Shown here: positions 1 to 10,443 of the stretch, one piece after another
Numbering within the stretch: position 1 is the first letter of the stretch
How the letters are laid out: every line of letters begins with the position of its first letter
Notes under the pieces: generated by a model
Told to the model about the DNA's origin: nothing
What the model saw: only the letters and a program-made list of their open reading frames with translations
The model's database searches: none
Program-made: the position numbers and the translations under genes
Origin: Candidatus Cloacimonadales bacterium
GTDB lineage: Bacteria > Cloacimonadota > Cloacimonadia > Cloacimonadales > JAFGVF01
Reading direction: 5' to 3'
Assembly (NCBI GenBank): GCA_963678315.1
Contig: OY782781.1
Span: 1,408,001-1,472,000, forward strand
Length of the DNA: 64,000 nucleotides

Positions 1-2
1 CA

Positions 3-221
3 AGAGAACTTTCTGATAGTCATCCTGAGGAAAAGTGGGCTAACTTAGAAGATGAGCTTCTTAAAGAGATAAATCTCTTGGGAGTAGGTCCCCAAGGACT
101 AGGCGGAGACACCAGTGCCTTAGCAGTCAAGATAGAGAAAGGTCCATGTCACATCGCTTCTTTACCTGTTGCTGTAAATATACAGTGTCATTCTCATAGA
201 CATTTTACTCTTGAGTTTTAG
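3..221 (+). CDS. Fe-S fumarate hydratase (class I) alpha subunit, C-terminal part (truncated by window start)
   Basis: Hand translation gives ...[46 protein letters not shown]..., the typical fumarate/tartrate hydro-lyase alpha C-terminus; beta subunit follows directly. Confidence 0.9.
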   Translation, partial: RELSDSHPEEKWANLEDELLKEINLLGVGPQGLGGDTSALAVKIEKGPCHIASLPVAVNIQCHSHRHFTLEF

Positions 222-229
222 GGGGCATT

Positions 230-751
230 ATGAATATCACAACACCATTAAATAAAAGTGTATGTTCTCAGTTAAAAGCTGGAGACAAAGTTTATATTTC
301 TGGAACAATATTCACAGCCAGAGATCAGGCACATAAGAGAATTGTAGAAGCTATTCAAGCTGGAGAAAAGCCACCTTTTGCAATAGAAAATGCTCTTATC
401 TTTTATGTAGGACCTTCTCCTGCAAAGCCAGGTCAGGTGATTGGTTCAGCAGGACCGACTACTAGCTACCGAATGGATGATTATACACCATTCCTGTTGG
501 ATAGGGGGCTTAGTGGAATGATAGGTAAGGGAAAACGTAATCAAGCTGTGATAGATTCAATAATAAAGAATGGAGCTATCTACTTTGTGGCTATTGGTGG
601 GGCTGGAGCTCTGCTTTCTGCTAGTATTAAGAGTGCTCAAGTTATAGCTTATCCAGATTTAGGTCCAGAAGCTGTGTTCAAACTTGAAGTGGAAAACTTT
701 CCATGTTTTGTGGGAATTGATAGTAAGGGGGAAAGTGTTTTAGTGAGTTAG
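230..751 (+). CDS. Fe-S fumarate hydratase (class I) beta subunit
   Basis: Motifs TARDQAHKR, GSAGPTTSYRMD, MIGKG, DLGPEAV. Confidence 0.92.
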   Translation: MNITTPLNKSVCSQLKAGDKVYISGTIFTARDQAHKRIVEAIQAGEKPPFAIENALIFYVGPSPAKPGQVIGSAGPTTSYRMDDYTPFLLDRGLSGMIGKGKRNQAVIDSIIKNGAIYFVAIGGAGALLSASIKSAQVIAYPDLGPEAVFKLEVENFPCFVGIDSKGESVLVS

Positions 752-827
752 GAGTTTCTGGGAACGCTTTGCCTTTAGTCCGGCAGCAGCCGGACTAAAG
801 GCAAAGCGTTCCCAGTAACTCCTAACT
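746..827. repeat. 39-bp-arm inverted repeat of the CTGGGAACGC REP-like family; may also terminate the two convergent genes
   Basis: agttaggagtttctgggaacgctttgcctttagtccggc-agca-gccggactaaaggcaaagcgttcccagtaactcctaact (1 mismatch); left arm recurs at 46896. Confidence 0.9.
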
Positions 828-829
828 AA

Positions 830-1843
830 TCAGTGGTTTATCTCGTAAAAATCGTCTATATAGGAGTAGATGGAATTCTTAATAACTTGGTAAGCATCTA
901 TTAAGTAGTCGTGCTTTTCAAAATATTCTTTGAAGAAAGATTTGAAAAAATAGTAAGATCCTTTGTCATAGGTATAGTAATCATTTTTATATTGGAGATT
1001 TATATCTGTAAAAATCTTTTCAGTAGATGTTTGGACAAAAGCTTGGAAGGCAGTATAAAGATGGTTTTCATAGAATATGCTGGATTCTTTGAGGTTTTTA
1101 TCTTCAAGTAATTTATGTAGTTCAGGAGATAGAATGTTGATACCAATTTCTTTGATTATGAGATTAGTCAATGATTGAATATCTTCTGAGTTGTAGTACA
1201 TACAGTATCGGAAGTAATTAATGTTTGTGAATCTTATTTCCTTGGTATTGGCAATGGTAAAAAGGATGTTAAAGTCTTTTCCTTCGAAATCACGGTTAAG
1301 GAAGTTCTCCCATTTGTTAATGAATTTGCAGTTGGAGAAGTGCTCATTAAATGATTGTGAGAAACGTTTTAGTTCAGGGTAGATGTTAACCCAGACTTTT
1401 TCATTGAATGCTTTAAAGTTTTTAACAAGAATTTGACCTATCTTCTCTATAACGATAAACTTATCACGTGGAATTTTGATTTGACCGAAATCTGAACCAT
1501 ACCAGAGGTAGAAGTCAACCCAGTCATTTGAGAATACGGCATGGCATAATCTTTTATAGTAAAATTCTAAGTCATCAAGGTCAAAATCTGGACTTTCGAG
1601 AGGCATAAAATAGATAAATTTGGCAAGGTCACCCATGTTACCATCACCCCAGATAATATCTTTTCTATATCTTCTTAGAAAGTTAATATCTTCCTTAGGA
1701 ATTGTGCCTATATATTTGCTATAATAGGGATTATCAGATTGGTCATAATCCCAAAGGTTCGCTAGCACAAATACATGCCAAAAATAATTAGGCATGATTT
1801 CAATCTTCGACTTTATTTCTTTATGAGGTAAAACTGCTACCAT
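830..1843 (-). CDS. Hypothetical protein (337 aa, aromatic-rich, no recognised domain)
   Basis: Long ORF with AGGAG RBS and upstream TTGAC box. Confidence 0.7.
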   Translation of the reverse strand: MVAVLPHKEIKSKIEIMPNYFWHVFVLANLWDYDQSDNPYYSKYIGTIPKEDINFLRRYRKDIIWGDGNMGDLAKFIYFMPLESPDFDLDDLEFYYKRLCHAVFSNDWVDFYLWYGSDFGQIKIPRDKFIVIEKIGQILVKNFKAFNEKVWVNIYPELKRFSQSFNEHFSNCKFINKWENFLNRDFEGKDFNILFTIANTKEIRFTNINYFRYCMYYNSEDIQSLTNLIIKEIGINILSPELHKLLEDKNLKESSIFYENHLYTAFQAFVQTSTEKIFTDINLQYKNDYYTYDKGSYYFFKSFFKEYFEKHDYLIDAYQVIKNSIYSYIDDFYEINH

Positions 1844-2044
1844 GTATTCTCCTTAAGTAAAGATTAGTTACCTAGGTAAATAATCGTCAAGAACAATTTA
1901 TATAAAGTAGAAAAAATATTTTACTTGTAGCTAAGAAGATTCTTGTTCTTCTTATGTACACTAGTTACATAAAGATATTAAACTTTATTATTGACATTAA
2001 ACTATAGGTATTTTAATATAAAAGAAAAAAGGAGAAGCTGAGAT

Positions 2045-3238
2045 ATGATTAGAATTAAAGTGATGTTAATTTTGTTATTATTAAGTTTACCCCTATTTTC
2101 TGAAGACGATAAAACAAATGAAAAGATAGATAAAAAACAAGAAGAACTTGAAGCAAAAAAAAGTCAGATAAAGACTCTTGATAAAGAAATTGCTAAGCTT
2201 AAGAAGCAAGAACGAGAGTTATCTCAAAACAAGAGAATGACTGAGAGGGAAAAAGCAAAAGAAGCTAAAAGATTAAAGCAACTGATTGATGATAAGATAT
2301 ATCTAAAGAACAATATCACTTGGTTAACAGGAGAAGAGAGTAAGCATAAAGAAGAACTAAAAGTAACTAACGCTAAGAAGAGGGAGACTGGAAGGAACCT
2401 TACTAATCTGATTTCTAGTTATGAACAGGAATTTCTTGATTTATTCTTTTTAAGTGTTTCTGATAAAGATACTGATTCTATGAGAAAACAAGTTCTTATT
2501 AAAGCCTTGATGACTTGTCAAGAGGATATAATTTTCGAACATGACGAAAACTATGTATCGACATTGAAAAAGATTGAAGAAGAGAATAGAAAACTAAATG
2601 ATGTAAAAAATAATCTTGAGAAGAAGAAAGAATTACAGAAAGATAGAGAAGAAAGATATGTTAAAAGGAAAGAAAAGACTGATAAATTAGATAGTGAGAT
2701 AAAAGATTTAGCAAAGAAAGAGAGTAAAATCTCGAGTGAAAAGAATAAATTATTAACTGAAAAAGAAAAGTTAGAAAAAGAGGCATTAGCACTAGAAAAT
2801 TTCATTGCTGAACTCTTGGCAGCTCAAGGAGATATTGATAAAAGTAAATTAGTAAAAAGCATTGCTATAAAAAGACCTTGCCAAGGAAAGATAGTTAAGA
2901 ATTTTGGGGAAAAGCTAAATGAACTTTCAAAAGTTAAAAATAAAGGTATCAACTACAGGACAACTCCTGGTAGTCAGATAAAAGCTGTGTATGCTGGAAA
3001 AGTAATATACAGTGGTCATATCAAATCAAAAGGTCAGGTTATCATAATAGACCATGACAATGGATTTGTATCAGTCTATGCATATAATAGTAAGTTAAAC
3101 GTTAGCAAAGAAGATATTGTTAAGCAAGGTGATGTAATAGGTATTTCAGGAACCGATTCTTCTGGAACACCGATGGCTTATTTTGAATTAAGAAGAGAGA
3201 ATAAACCTGTGAACCCAAACTTATTCTTCCAAAATTAA
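2045..3238 (+). CDS. envC: Murein hydrolase activator EnvC-like (signal peptide, coiled coil, degenerate M23/LytM domain)
   Basis: Long coiled coil; C-terminal GINY...IIIDHDNGFVSVYAYN...YFELR..PVNP lacking the Zn-binding His residues, as in EnvC. Confidence 0.75.
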   Translation: MIRIKVMLILLLLSLPLFSEDDKTNEKIDKKQEELEAKKSQIKTLDKEIAKLKKQERELSQNKRMTEREKAKEAKRLKQLIDDKIYLKNNITWLTGEESKHKEELKVTNAKKRETGRNLTNLISSYEQEFLDLFFLSVSDKDTDSMRKQVLIKALMTCQEDIIFEHDENYVSTLKKIEEENRKLNDVKNNLEKKKELQKDREERYVKRKEKTDKLDSEIKDLAKKESKISSEKNKLLTEKEKLEKEALALENFIAELLAAQGDIDKSKLVKSIAIKRPCQGKIVKNFGEKLNELSKVKNKGINYRTTPGSQIKAVYAGKVIYSGHIKSKGQVIIIDHDNGFVSVYAYNSKLNVSKEDIVKQGDVIGISGTDSSGTPMAYFELRRENKPVNPNLFFQN

Positions 3239-3248
3239 TGGAGATAAA

Positions 3249-4322
3249 TTGAAATTATTTAAGAATATAGATTTTAAAAACAATGAAAAGATAATCAATA
3301 AAGTCTACACAAATGAATCTGTGTTTTTGCATCACACAGGTTTCATGCTAGGGATTGGTACAGCAGTAGCTAATGACAAGGGTATAGAAAAAATTTATTC
3401 ATTGAAGCTGAGGGATTCTGCTAAGGGTTTTGTAGTATTGGTTAAGAATATTGAGGACATATTTAACTATGCTGATGATCTGACAGAGAAGGATATGAAG
3501 TTGATAGAACAATATCTTCCTGGTAACTTGACTCTTGTTGTGAAATGCTCTAATCCTCTTTTCGATAAGGTAGCCTTGAATGGAACAGTAGCTTTCAGAG
3601 TTCCCCAAAATCCAGTATTGTGTCATTTTATTGATAAGATAAATAGTCCAATTATAAGTACTAGCATTAATCGAAGTGGTTTTGAGCCAGAAGTTGATCT
3701 TAAAACAATAAGCAAAGATTATAAAGACTGGTTTGATTTTGGCATGGTTCCTAAGAAACAATATATCTTTGGACAGGGTCAAGCTTCAACCATTATTAGT
3801 TTGGTAGATGGATTAAATTGCATCAGAGAAGGATCAATTCCCTTTTATGAAATTAAAGAGTCTTATGGAAAACCACTTGTAATGTTTGTCTGTACAGGAA
3901 ATGTCTGTCGTTCTCCAATAGCAGAGTATCTTCTCAAAGATGAAATAAGAAAGAATAAGTTAGACTTTAGGTCAGCTTCAACAGGAATTCTGCAAGATGG
4001 AATGGTTATTTCAGCTAATTCAGCTTCTTTACTATTACTGAATGGGATAGATGCAGCAAGCCATTTGTCCAGAAAAGTGACAGAAGCTCAATTGAGAGGA
4101 AGTTGGTTAATTTTAACCATGGAAGAGAGACATAAAGAACATTTAGCTAAGTTCTTCCCACACTTATCCTATAAAGTCTTTACTTTAATGGAGTTTTGTG
4201 GAGATAGCGGTGATATAGATGATCCTTACAAGAAGGATATTGAAGATTATAAAGTTGCATATAAGATTATTGATGATAAAATACAATGTTTAGTAAGAAT
4301 ATTAAAAGATGAGGTAAGATAG
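3249..4322 (+). CDS. TsaC/Sua5 (YrdC) domain fused to a low-molecular-weight protein Tyr/Arg phosphatase
   Basis: KLR, PGNLT, RVP, STSIN in the N-half; CTGNVCRS P-loop and DIDDPY in the C-half. Confidence 0.85.
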   Translation: MKLFKNIDFKNNEKIINKVYTNESVFLHHTGFMLGIGTAVANDKGIEKIYSLKLRDSAKGFVVLVKNIEDIFNYADDLTEKDMKLIEQYLPGNLTLVVKCSNPLFDKVALNGTVAFRVPQNPVLCHFIDKINSPIISTSINRSGFEPEVDLKTISKDYKDWFDFGMVPKKQYIFGQGQASTIISLVDGLNCIREGSIPFYEIKESYGKPLVMFVCTGNVCRSPIAEYLLKDEIRKNKLDFRSASTGILQDGMVISANSASLLLLNGIDAASHLSRKVTEAQLRGSWLILTMEERHKEHLAKFFPHLSYKVFTLMEFCGDSGDIDDPYKKDIEDYKVAYKIIDDKIQCLVRILKDEVR

Positions 4323-6524
4323 ATGATTGAACCAAAGATAACTCCAGAATTGATTCAAGAGCATGGCATCAATGCTGAAGAGTGGCAGTTAATACTTGAA
4401 ACATTAGAAAGAGAACCTACTTTTACAGAGTTAGGAATTATTTCAGTTATGTGGTCTGAACACGCTAGTTATAAGAATTCTATTAAATTGATTAAAACCC
4501 TTCCTAGAGATGGGGAAGCAATGCTAGCAAAAGCTGGTGAAGAGAATGCTGGGGTAGTAGATATTGGTGATGGCTTAGCTGTATCATTCAAGATAGAAAG
4601 TCATAACCATCCATCAGCGGTTGAACCATATCATGGTGCTGCAACTGGTGTAGGTGGAATCTTAAGAGATATCTTTACAATGGGTGCAAGGCCTGTTGCT
4701 GTTCTTGATTCTCTAAGATTCGGTAATCCTAACGACCCTAATGTTAAATTCTTGATGCATGGTGTGGTTGATGGTATTGCTGATTATGGTAACTGTTTTG
4801 GTGTTCCAAATGTTGGTGGTGAAGTCTATTTTGAGGATAGTTATACCGGTAATCCACTGGTTAATGCTATGGCAGTTGGCATTTTAAAGCATGAAAATCT
4901 TGCTAAATCAGCAGCTTCTGGTGTTGGTAACTATGTGATGTATGTTGGTGCTAAAACAGGTAGAGATGGTATTCATGGAGCTACATTTGCATCAGTTGAA
5001 TTGACTGAAGAATCAGAAGAAAAGAGAACAGCAGTTCAAGTTGGTGACCCATTTATGGAAAAACTACTTCTTGAAGCAACTTTAGAGACTATTGAAGCTG
5101 GAGTGATTGTTGGTATTCAAGATATGGGTGCTGCTGGGCTTACTTGCTCAAGTAGTGAAATGGCTGGTGATAATGGTGTAGGAATCGAATTGGATGTTAA
5201 CCTTGTTCCAAAACGTGAAGAAGGAATGACTCCTTATGAAACAATGCTATCTGAATCTCAAGAAAGAATGTTAATGATTGTTGAACCTCAAAATGTTGAA
5301 ACTGTTCAAGCTATCTATGAAAAATGGGATTTGCATGCTGAAATTATTGGTAAAGTAACAGATGACGGACTTCTAAGAGTTAAAGAAGGCGATCTTGTAA
5401 AAGCTGAGCTTCCAGCAAAAATGTTGGTACTTGGTGGTGATGCTCCTCAATATACTAGAGAAACAAAAAAGCCTGATTATATAGACCAAGTTCAAAATGC
5501 TGATTTATCTGATATTCCAGAACCAAAAGACTATAATGAAGCTCTAACAAAACTTATTACATCTGCAAACTTAGCTTCAAAAGCAAGTATTTACAAGCAA
5601 TATGACCACATGGTGCAAGTTAATACAATGGTTGAACCTGGTTCTGATGCTGGTGTTGTAAGAGTGAAAAATACTAATAAAGCTTTAGCTGTATCAACTG
5701 ACTGTAATGGTAAACATTGCTGGTTAAATCCTTATGAAGGTGCCAAAGGTGCAGTTGCGGAATCTGCAAGAAATGTTGTTTGTAGTGGCGCTAAACCTAT
5801 TGCTGTTACTAACTGTTTAAACTTTGGTAACCCTTACAAACCTGAAGTGTATTGGACTTTTAGCCAAGCAATTAAAGGTATGGGGGATGCTTGTAGAGAA
5901 TTCAATACTCCTGTAACTGGAGGTAATGTTTCATTCTACAATGAAAATCCAAGCACTGCTATCTATCCAACTCCTACTATTGGTATGTTAGGTTTAGTTG
6001 AAGATAATAGTAAAATCATGAATCAATACTTCAAAGAGGAAGGTGATGTTATCATAATGCTTGGTAAAGCTGCAACAAGTTTGGGTGGTTCAGAATATAT
6101 TAAAGTTCTTCATGATAAAATATTAGGTAATGCTCCAGTAGTTGATCTACCACACGAACACCAATTGTACGATGTGACTCTTGATCTAATTGATAAAGGG
6201 CTTATCAAATCAGCTCATGACTGTTCTGATGGTGGACTTGCTGTAACAATTATGGAATCTTGTTTTAATCCTTATGGTAAACACTTAGGTGCAACTATTG
6301 ATATAGATTTTGTTGAAAGAGCAGATATTGAACTGTTTGGTGAAGCACACTCAAGAATTATTGTATCTACTTATGCTGACAATGTTCCGGCTATAGTAGA
6401 AGCTTGTGGTGATTTCCCTTGTACAGTTATTGGAGAAGTAACAGGAAAGCAATTTAAAATTAATGATTTAATTGATATTAATATTGATGAAATCCATGAA
6501 AAATGGAGCTCAATAATTAAATAG
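4323..6524 (+). CDS. purL: Phosphoribosylformylglycinamidine synthase subunit PurL
   Basis: [57 protein letters not shown]. Confidence 0.97.
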   Translation: MIEPKITPELIQEHGINAEEWQLILETLEREPTFTELGIISVMWSEHASYKNSIKLIKTLPRDGEAMLAKAGEENAGVVDIGDGLAVSFKIESHNHPSAVEPYHGAATGVGGILRDIFTMGARPVAVLDSLRFGNPNDPNVKFLMHGVVDGIADYGNCFGVPNVGGEVYFEDSYTGNPLVNAMAVGILKHENLAKSAASGVGNYVMYVGAKTGRDGIHGATFASVELTEESEEKRTAVQVGDPFMEKLLLEATLETIEAGVIVGIQDMGAAGLTCSSSEMAGDNGVGIELDVNLVPKREEGMTPYETMLSESQERMLMIVEPQNVETVQAIYEKWDLHAEIIGKVTDDGLLRVKEGDLVKAELPAKMLVLGGDAPQYTRETKKPDYIDQVQNADLSDIPEPKDYNEALTKLITSANLASKASIYKQYDHMVQVNTMVEPGSDAGVVRVKNTNKALAVSTDCNGKHCWLNPYEGAKGAVAESARNVVCSGAKPIAVTNCLNFGNPYKPEVYWTFSQAIKGMGDACREFNTPVTGGNVSFYNENPSTAIYPTPTIGMLGLVEDNSKIMNQYFKEEGDVIIMLGKAATSLGGSEYIKVLHDKILGNAPVVDLPHEHQLYDVTLDLIDKGLIKSAHDCSDGGLAVTIMESCFNPYGKHLGATIDIDFVERADIELFGEAHSRIIVSTYADNVPAIVEACGDFPCTVIGEVTGKQFKINDLIDINIDEIHEKWSSIIK

Positions 6525-6549
6525 AATTGTAAAATAAAGCAATATATTG

Positions 6550-6579
6550 ATGAGGTTGAGCAATCAACCTCATTTTCTT
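6550..6579 (+). terminator. Intrinsic terminator after purL
   Basis: atgaggttga-gcaa-tcaacctcat followed by tttctt. Confidence 0.7.
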
Positions 6580-6658
6580 GCTATAATCATAAATAATAAT
6601 TGATTGACACTTGTAAATCAATGAGCTTAATAGACACATAAAGATTTTAGGAGGAGAG

Positions 6659-7186
6659 ATGAGAATGAATTTTTTCTTTAGTGGTGCTTTTTGGGGCATA
6701 TTATTAGTCTTATGGGGAGCTTCTCTAATATTAAAGGAGCTATTCCCTAAACTTCATTTTCCATTTGGAACAATATTTGTAGCTCTATGTGTGATAATAT
6801 TTGGTGTTCAGCTTTTAATGTCAAGCATGGGCTATAAAGGCAAATTATTTTCTAAGAATCAAAGACGTGGTGTAACTGAAACTTATAGATTTGAAGATGC
6901 AAACATACCAGGTGAAGAATTAAATGCAATCTTCTCTTCAGGCTCAATGGACATGAGTAATGTAGATGTAAGCAATGGCTCTCGAAAGTTTGAAGTAAAC
7001 GCCGTTTTTGGTGGAGCTAAGTTATATCTAAGTCCAGAAACACCAGTCGTAATCGAATCATCTTCTATTTTTGGTACAGTTAAGAAGAGTAGTCAGATTA
7101 ATTATTCAAGTGATAAAAATTCTAACTGTTTGTTTATAGAAGCAAATGCAGTTTTTGGTTCTGTAGAGATATTAACAAAAAAATAG
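6659..7186 (+). CDS. LiaF/DUF2154-like membrane protein (cell-envelope stress)
   Basis: Two N-terminal TM helices (FWGILLVLWG) and repeated NAVFG/SIFG motifs. Confidence 0.7.
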   Translation: MRMNFFFSGAFWGILLVLWGASLILKELFPKLHFPFGTIFVALCVIIFGVQLLMSSMGYKGKLFSKNQRRGVTETYRFEDANIPGEELNAIFSSGSMDMSNVDVSNGSRKFEVNAVFGGAKLYLSPETPVVIESSSIFGTVKKSSQINYSSDKNSNCLFIEANAVFGSVEILTKK

Positions 7187-7192
7187 GAATCA

Positions 7193-9352
7193 ATGAAGAA
7201 AATAGTTTTAGTATTTTGCCTATTAATCTTAATCTTCTTCCTGCATGCTAATCCTGATAAAATTGGACTAGCATTGAGTGGGGGAGGAGCACGTGGTTTT
7301 GTTCATATTGGATTACTGAAGGTAATAGATGAAGTAGGATTAGAAGTAGATTATATAGCCGGAACTAGTTTTGGAGCCTTAGTAGGTTCTTTGTATTCGT
7401 TAGGATACTCTGGGAAAGAAATAGAAGATATGTTCTTGAATGAAGACTATACTTCTATCTTTTCAGATAAAATTGAAAGAGGGGATTTGTACATAGAGGA
7501 CAAAAGATGGTTCGACTATGGAAATGTCTCCCTTGAAATTGATAAGAATATGAATGTTTCAATACCTCTTTCAATAATTTCTGGTAACAATATAGTTTTG
7601 ATTCTTTCTAAGTACTTAGCTAGGTCTATGTATTATAACGATTTTGATTCATACCCAATACCTTTTAGATGTGTTGCTACAAACTTAGAGAATGGTCAAA
7701 GTGTTGAATTTACTGATGGAGATTTAATTTCTGCAGTTCGAGCTTCTATGGCTTTTCCAAGTGTATTAGAACCATTTGAAGTTGATGGTGAACTTTATGT
7801 AGATGGGGGTGTAAAAGCTAACCTTCCAGTAGATACTGCCTTAAGTATGGGGGCTGATTATATTATCGCCAACAAAGCTAGTTCGCCATTGAGAGCAAAA
7901 GAAGATTGTGATAATCTGTTAGCAGTACTAGACCAAACAATCAATATAAACATGAGTTTATGGGTTAACGAAGCTCTTAAAAAGTCAGATTTAGTTATTG
8001 AACCAGACTTAAAAGGTTATACTGCTAGCTCTTTTGATGAAATTGAAGAGTTGATAAATATAGGAGAAAGAGCAGCAAGGGCTCATATAGATGAACTTAT
8101 TCAACTAGCTGAAAATAGAAGCTATAGCGAAATAACTTCGAAAAAGATATATAAAGTTCCTAATAAAATAAGATTGAACAAGATTATAACTTTTTCTTCA
8201 GACCAATTATCAGGATACAAGATTAAGCTATTAACAGGATTAGTTGAGGGAGAACCTTATTCTCTAGATGAAATAGTTACTGGCGTTAAAGAATGTTATA
8301 ACTCTGGATTATTTGTTTGGGCCTACCCAAGACTTTCCTATACTGATGGAGTTTATATTTTGGAGGTTGTTACCAAGGAAAAAGCCAAAGGCTATCTTGA
8401 TGTAGATCTAGTCTATACTGATTCGGAAGATTTGGTTTTTGGGGTGACAACAACCTTGAATAATGTAATTCAGAAAAACTCAAAGTTAATTGCTAATGTT
8501 AAGTTTGGTGGTAGAACTTCTTTTGTTGTTGATTATGTTAAGAATTTTGGGGAATTATATGGTGGCTATTATAGATTGTTCCCATTTATAGAAAAAAAGA
8601 AACTATATAACTATAACATTGATGATGAAATCATTAATCGAGTTGAATCAAGAGAGCTTGGAGGAAATATAGGCGTAGGATTCTTCATCAAAGATTTACT
8701 TGTGGGAGAAGGCTATATTTATAGTCAGAGAAATAGACTTTCACAAGATATCTCTGATGCCGATTTCGAAAGAGATTTGTTTAAGTCAACAGGACTAGGA
8801 TTTAAGCTTTATCATGAATCAGTTGATGATATGTATTTCCCTACAAAAGGAACAATGTTTGCTTTTAAATACAAACATTCATTCGAAGAATTTCTATCAG
8901 ATGAATCTTTCGACAAATTCCAAGGTGTTGCTAAATTAGCTATCCCTTTGCATGATAGATTTTCTCTTTCATATCATGTTGAAGGTGGATCTTTCCAAAA
9001 TGAAACTTATGCTAAACAGTTTATTCCTTTTGAAATAGGTGGTGTTGATTCATTTAGCGATATTGATAAGAGTTCTAGTAAGTTTTCATCTTACGCATTT
9101 AGTGATATCTCAGCGACTTATAATATTGACAAGACCTACTTTATTACAGGTTCTGTCCACCATCTAGTTCAAAGTAATGATAATGATTTTGATGATTTTG
9201 AGAAAGAAGATTCTGCCTATTGTTTAGAATTTGGATATCAATCTCCAATAGGTCCTGTTAGACTTGGAGCAGTAGCTGATGAAGATTTTGACATATCTAC
9301 TTACTTCTCATTTGGATACACTCTTGATATGTTTATGTTATCTGGAAATTAG
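7193..9352 (+). CDS. Patatin-like phospholipase with POTRA and C-terminal beta-barrel (PlpD/type Vd-like)
   Basis: Signal peptide; LSGGGARG, GTSFG, DGG motifs; C-terminus SPIGPVRLG...YFSFGY. Confidence 0.85.
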   Translation: MKKIVLVFCLLILIFFLHANPDKIGLALSGGGARGFVHIGLLKVIDEVGLEVDYIAGTSFGALVGSLYSLGYSGKEIEDMFLNEDYTSIFSDKIERGDLYIEDKRWFDYGNVSLEIDKNMNVSIPLSIISGNNIVLILSKYLARSMYYNDFDSYPIPFRCVATNLENGQSVEFTDGDLISAVRASMAFPSVLEPFEVDGELYVDGGVKANLPVDTALSMGADYIIANKASSPLRAKEDCDNLLAVLDQTININMSLWVNEALKKSDLVIEPDLKGYTASSFDEIEELINIGERAARAHIDELIQLAENRSYSEITSKKIYKVPNKIRLNKIITFSSDQLSGYKIKLLTGLVEGEPYSLDEIVTGVKECYNSGLFVWAYPRLSYTDGVYILEVVTKEKAKGYLDVDLVYTDSEDLVFGVTTTLNNVIQKNSKLIANVKFGGRTSFVVDYVKNFGELYGGYYRLFPFIEKKKLYNYNIDDEIINRVESRELGGNIGVGFFIKDLLVGEGYIYSQRNRLSQDISDADFERDLFKSTGLGFKLYHESVDDMYFPTKGTMFAFKYKHSFEEFLSDESFDKFQGVAKLAIPLHDRFSLSYHVEGGSFQNETYAKQFIPFEIGGVDSFSDIDKSSSKFSSYAFSDISATYNIDKTYFITGSVHHLVQSNDNDFDDFEKEDSAYCLEFGYQSPIGPVRLGAVADEDFDISTYFSFGYTLDMFMLSGN

Positions 9353-9360
9353 GAGGATAA

Positions 9361-10347
9361 ATGATACCAGTTATTGATTTACATGCTGATACATATATGA
9401 AAAAAGATATTTTTAATACACTTCCATGGTTAAGGAAAGCATATTTTAAAATACCTACTAGACCAGGTGAAGAAGTGCAGTTCTCAGAAACCATAACCCC
9501 AGAAAGGATAGTCCAAGGTAACGTAAGATTACAAGTACAATCACTTTTCATAAGTGATTTAGGTGTCACTAATCCTCTTCATAATGGATTAAAAATGTTA
9601 GCAAATATCAAGAGAGATGTAAAAGCTGATGAAAGTAGCTATCAATTCTATACTGTAAATGATTTCAATGACAATTTAGATAAATATGGAACAATGGTGT
9701 CTATAGAGGGTTTAGAACCAATTAACAATGATTTAGAACTTCTTGATATCTATTATGAACTGGGGGTTAGAATGCTTGCTCCTACATGGAATAGAGCCCT
9801 TCCTTATGTCGGGTCTTCTGCGGAACCTTATGGTATTTTAGCAAAGGGTAGAGAACTTGCCAAGAAACTAAATGAACTAGGCCTTATCTTTGATGTTGCT
9901 CATATCTCTGACCAAGGTTTCTGGGATTTTATGAATCAACTAGATTGCCCTGTTATAGCTTCTCATTCAAATTATAGAAAGGTTTGTAATCATCCAAGAA
10001 ATCTTACTGGTGAACAAATTAAAGAAATCTCCAATAGAGATGGTGTAATTGGAATTAACTTTTACCCTAGTTTTTTATGCTCAGATAAAAACTATAATAT
10101 CGATTCCGATTATCCAGAAGGCTATTCTTTATTGTATAATATGATTGAAGTTATTGTTGATGAATTTGGCGATGATGTGATAGCATTCGGTTCTGATTTT
10201 GATGGAATATCAGTGACTCCTGAGGGGGTTGAATCTCCAGCTTTCTTTCAAGATTTTGCTAAGTTCTTAAAGCATAGGTCTGTCTCTCAAAATACAATTG
10301 AGAAGTTGTTTTATAAGAATGCTTTGAGAGTTCTTTCCTGTTATTAA
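9361..10347 (+). CDS. Membrane dipeptidase (peptidase M19)
   Basis: DLHADT, SIEG, DVAH, ASHSN..HPRNL, GSDFDG. Confidence 0.9.
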   Translation: MIPVIDLHADTYMKKDIFNTLPWLRKAYFKIPTRPGEEVQFSETITPERIVQGNVRLQVQSLFISDLGVTNPLHNGLKMLANIKRDVKADESSYQFYTVNDFNDNLDKYGTMVSIEGLEPINNDLELLDIYYELGVRMLAPTWNRALPYVGSSAEPYGILAKGRELAKKLNELGLIFDVAHISDQGFWDFMNQLDCPVIASHSNYRKVCNHPRNLTGEQIKEISNRDGVIGINFYPSFLCSDKNYNIDSDYPEGYSLLYNMIEVIVDEFGDDVIAFGSDFDGISVTPEGVESPAFFQDFAKFLKHRSVSQNTIEKLFYKNALRVLSCY

Positions 10348-10443
10348 TTATCAATAAACTCAGAAGGCAAAACAGATAAATAGCTTGACTAAATACATAC
10401 TTAAGCTTTAATTAAATTATTATTTTGGAACAAGGTTGGGAGT

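Noticed and set aside
4323..6524. purL without purQ/purS as a pathway defect
   Set aside because: Dispersed pur genes are common; cannot be judged from one window.
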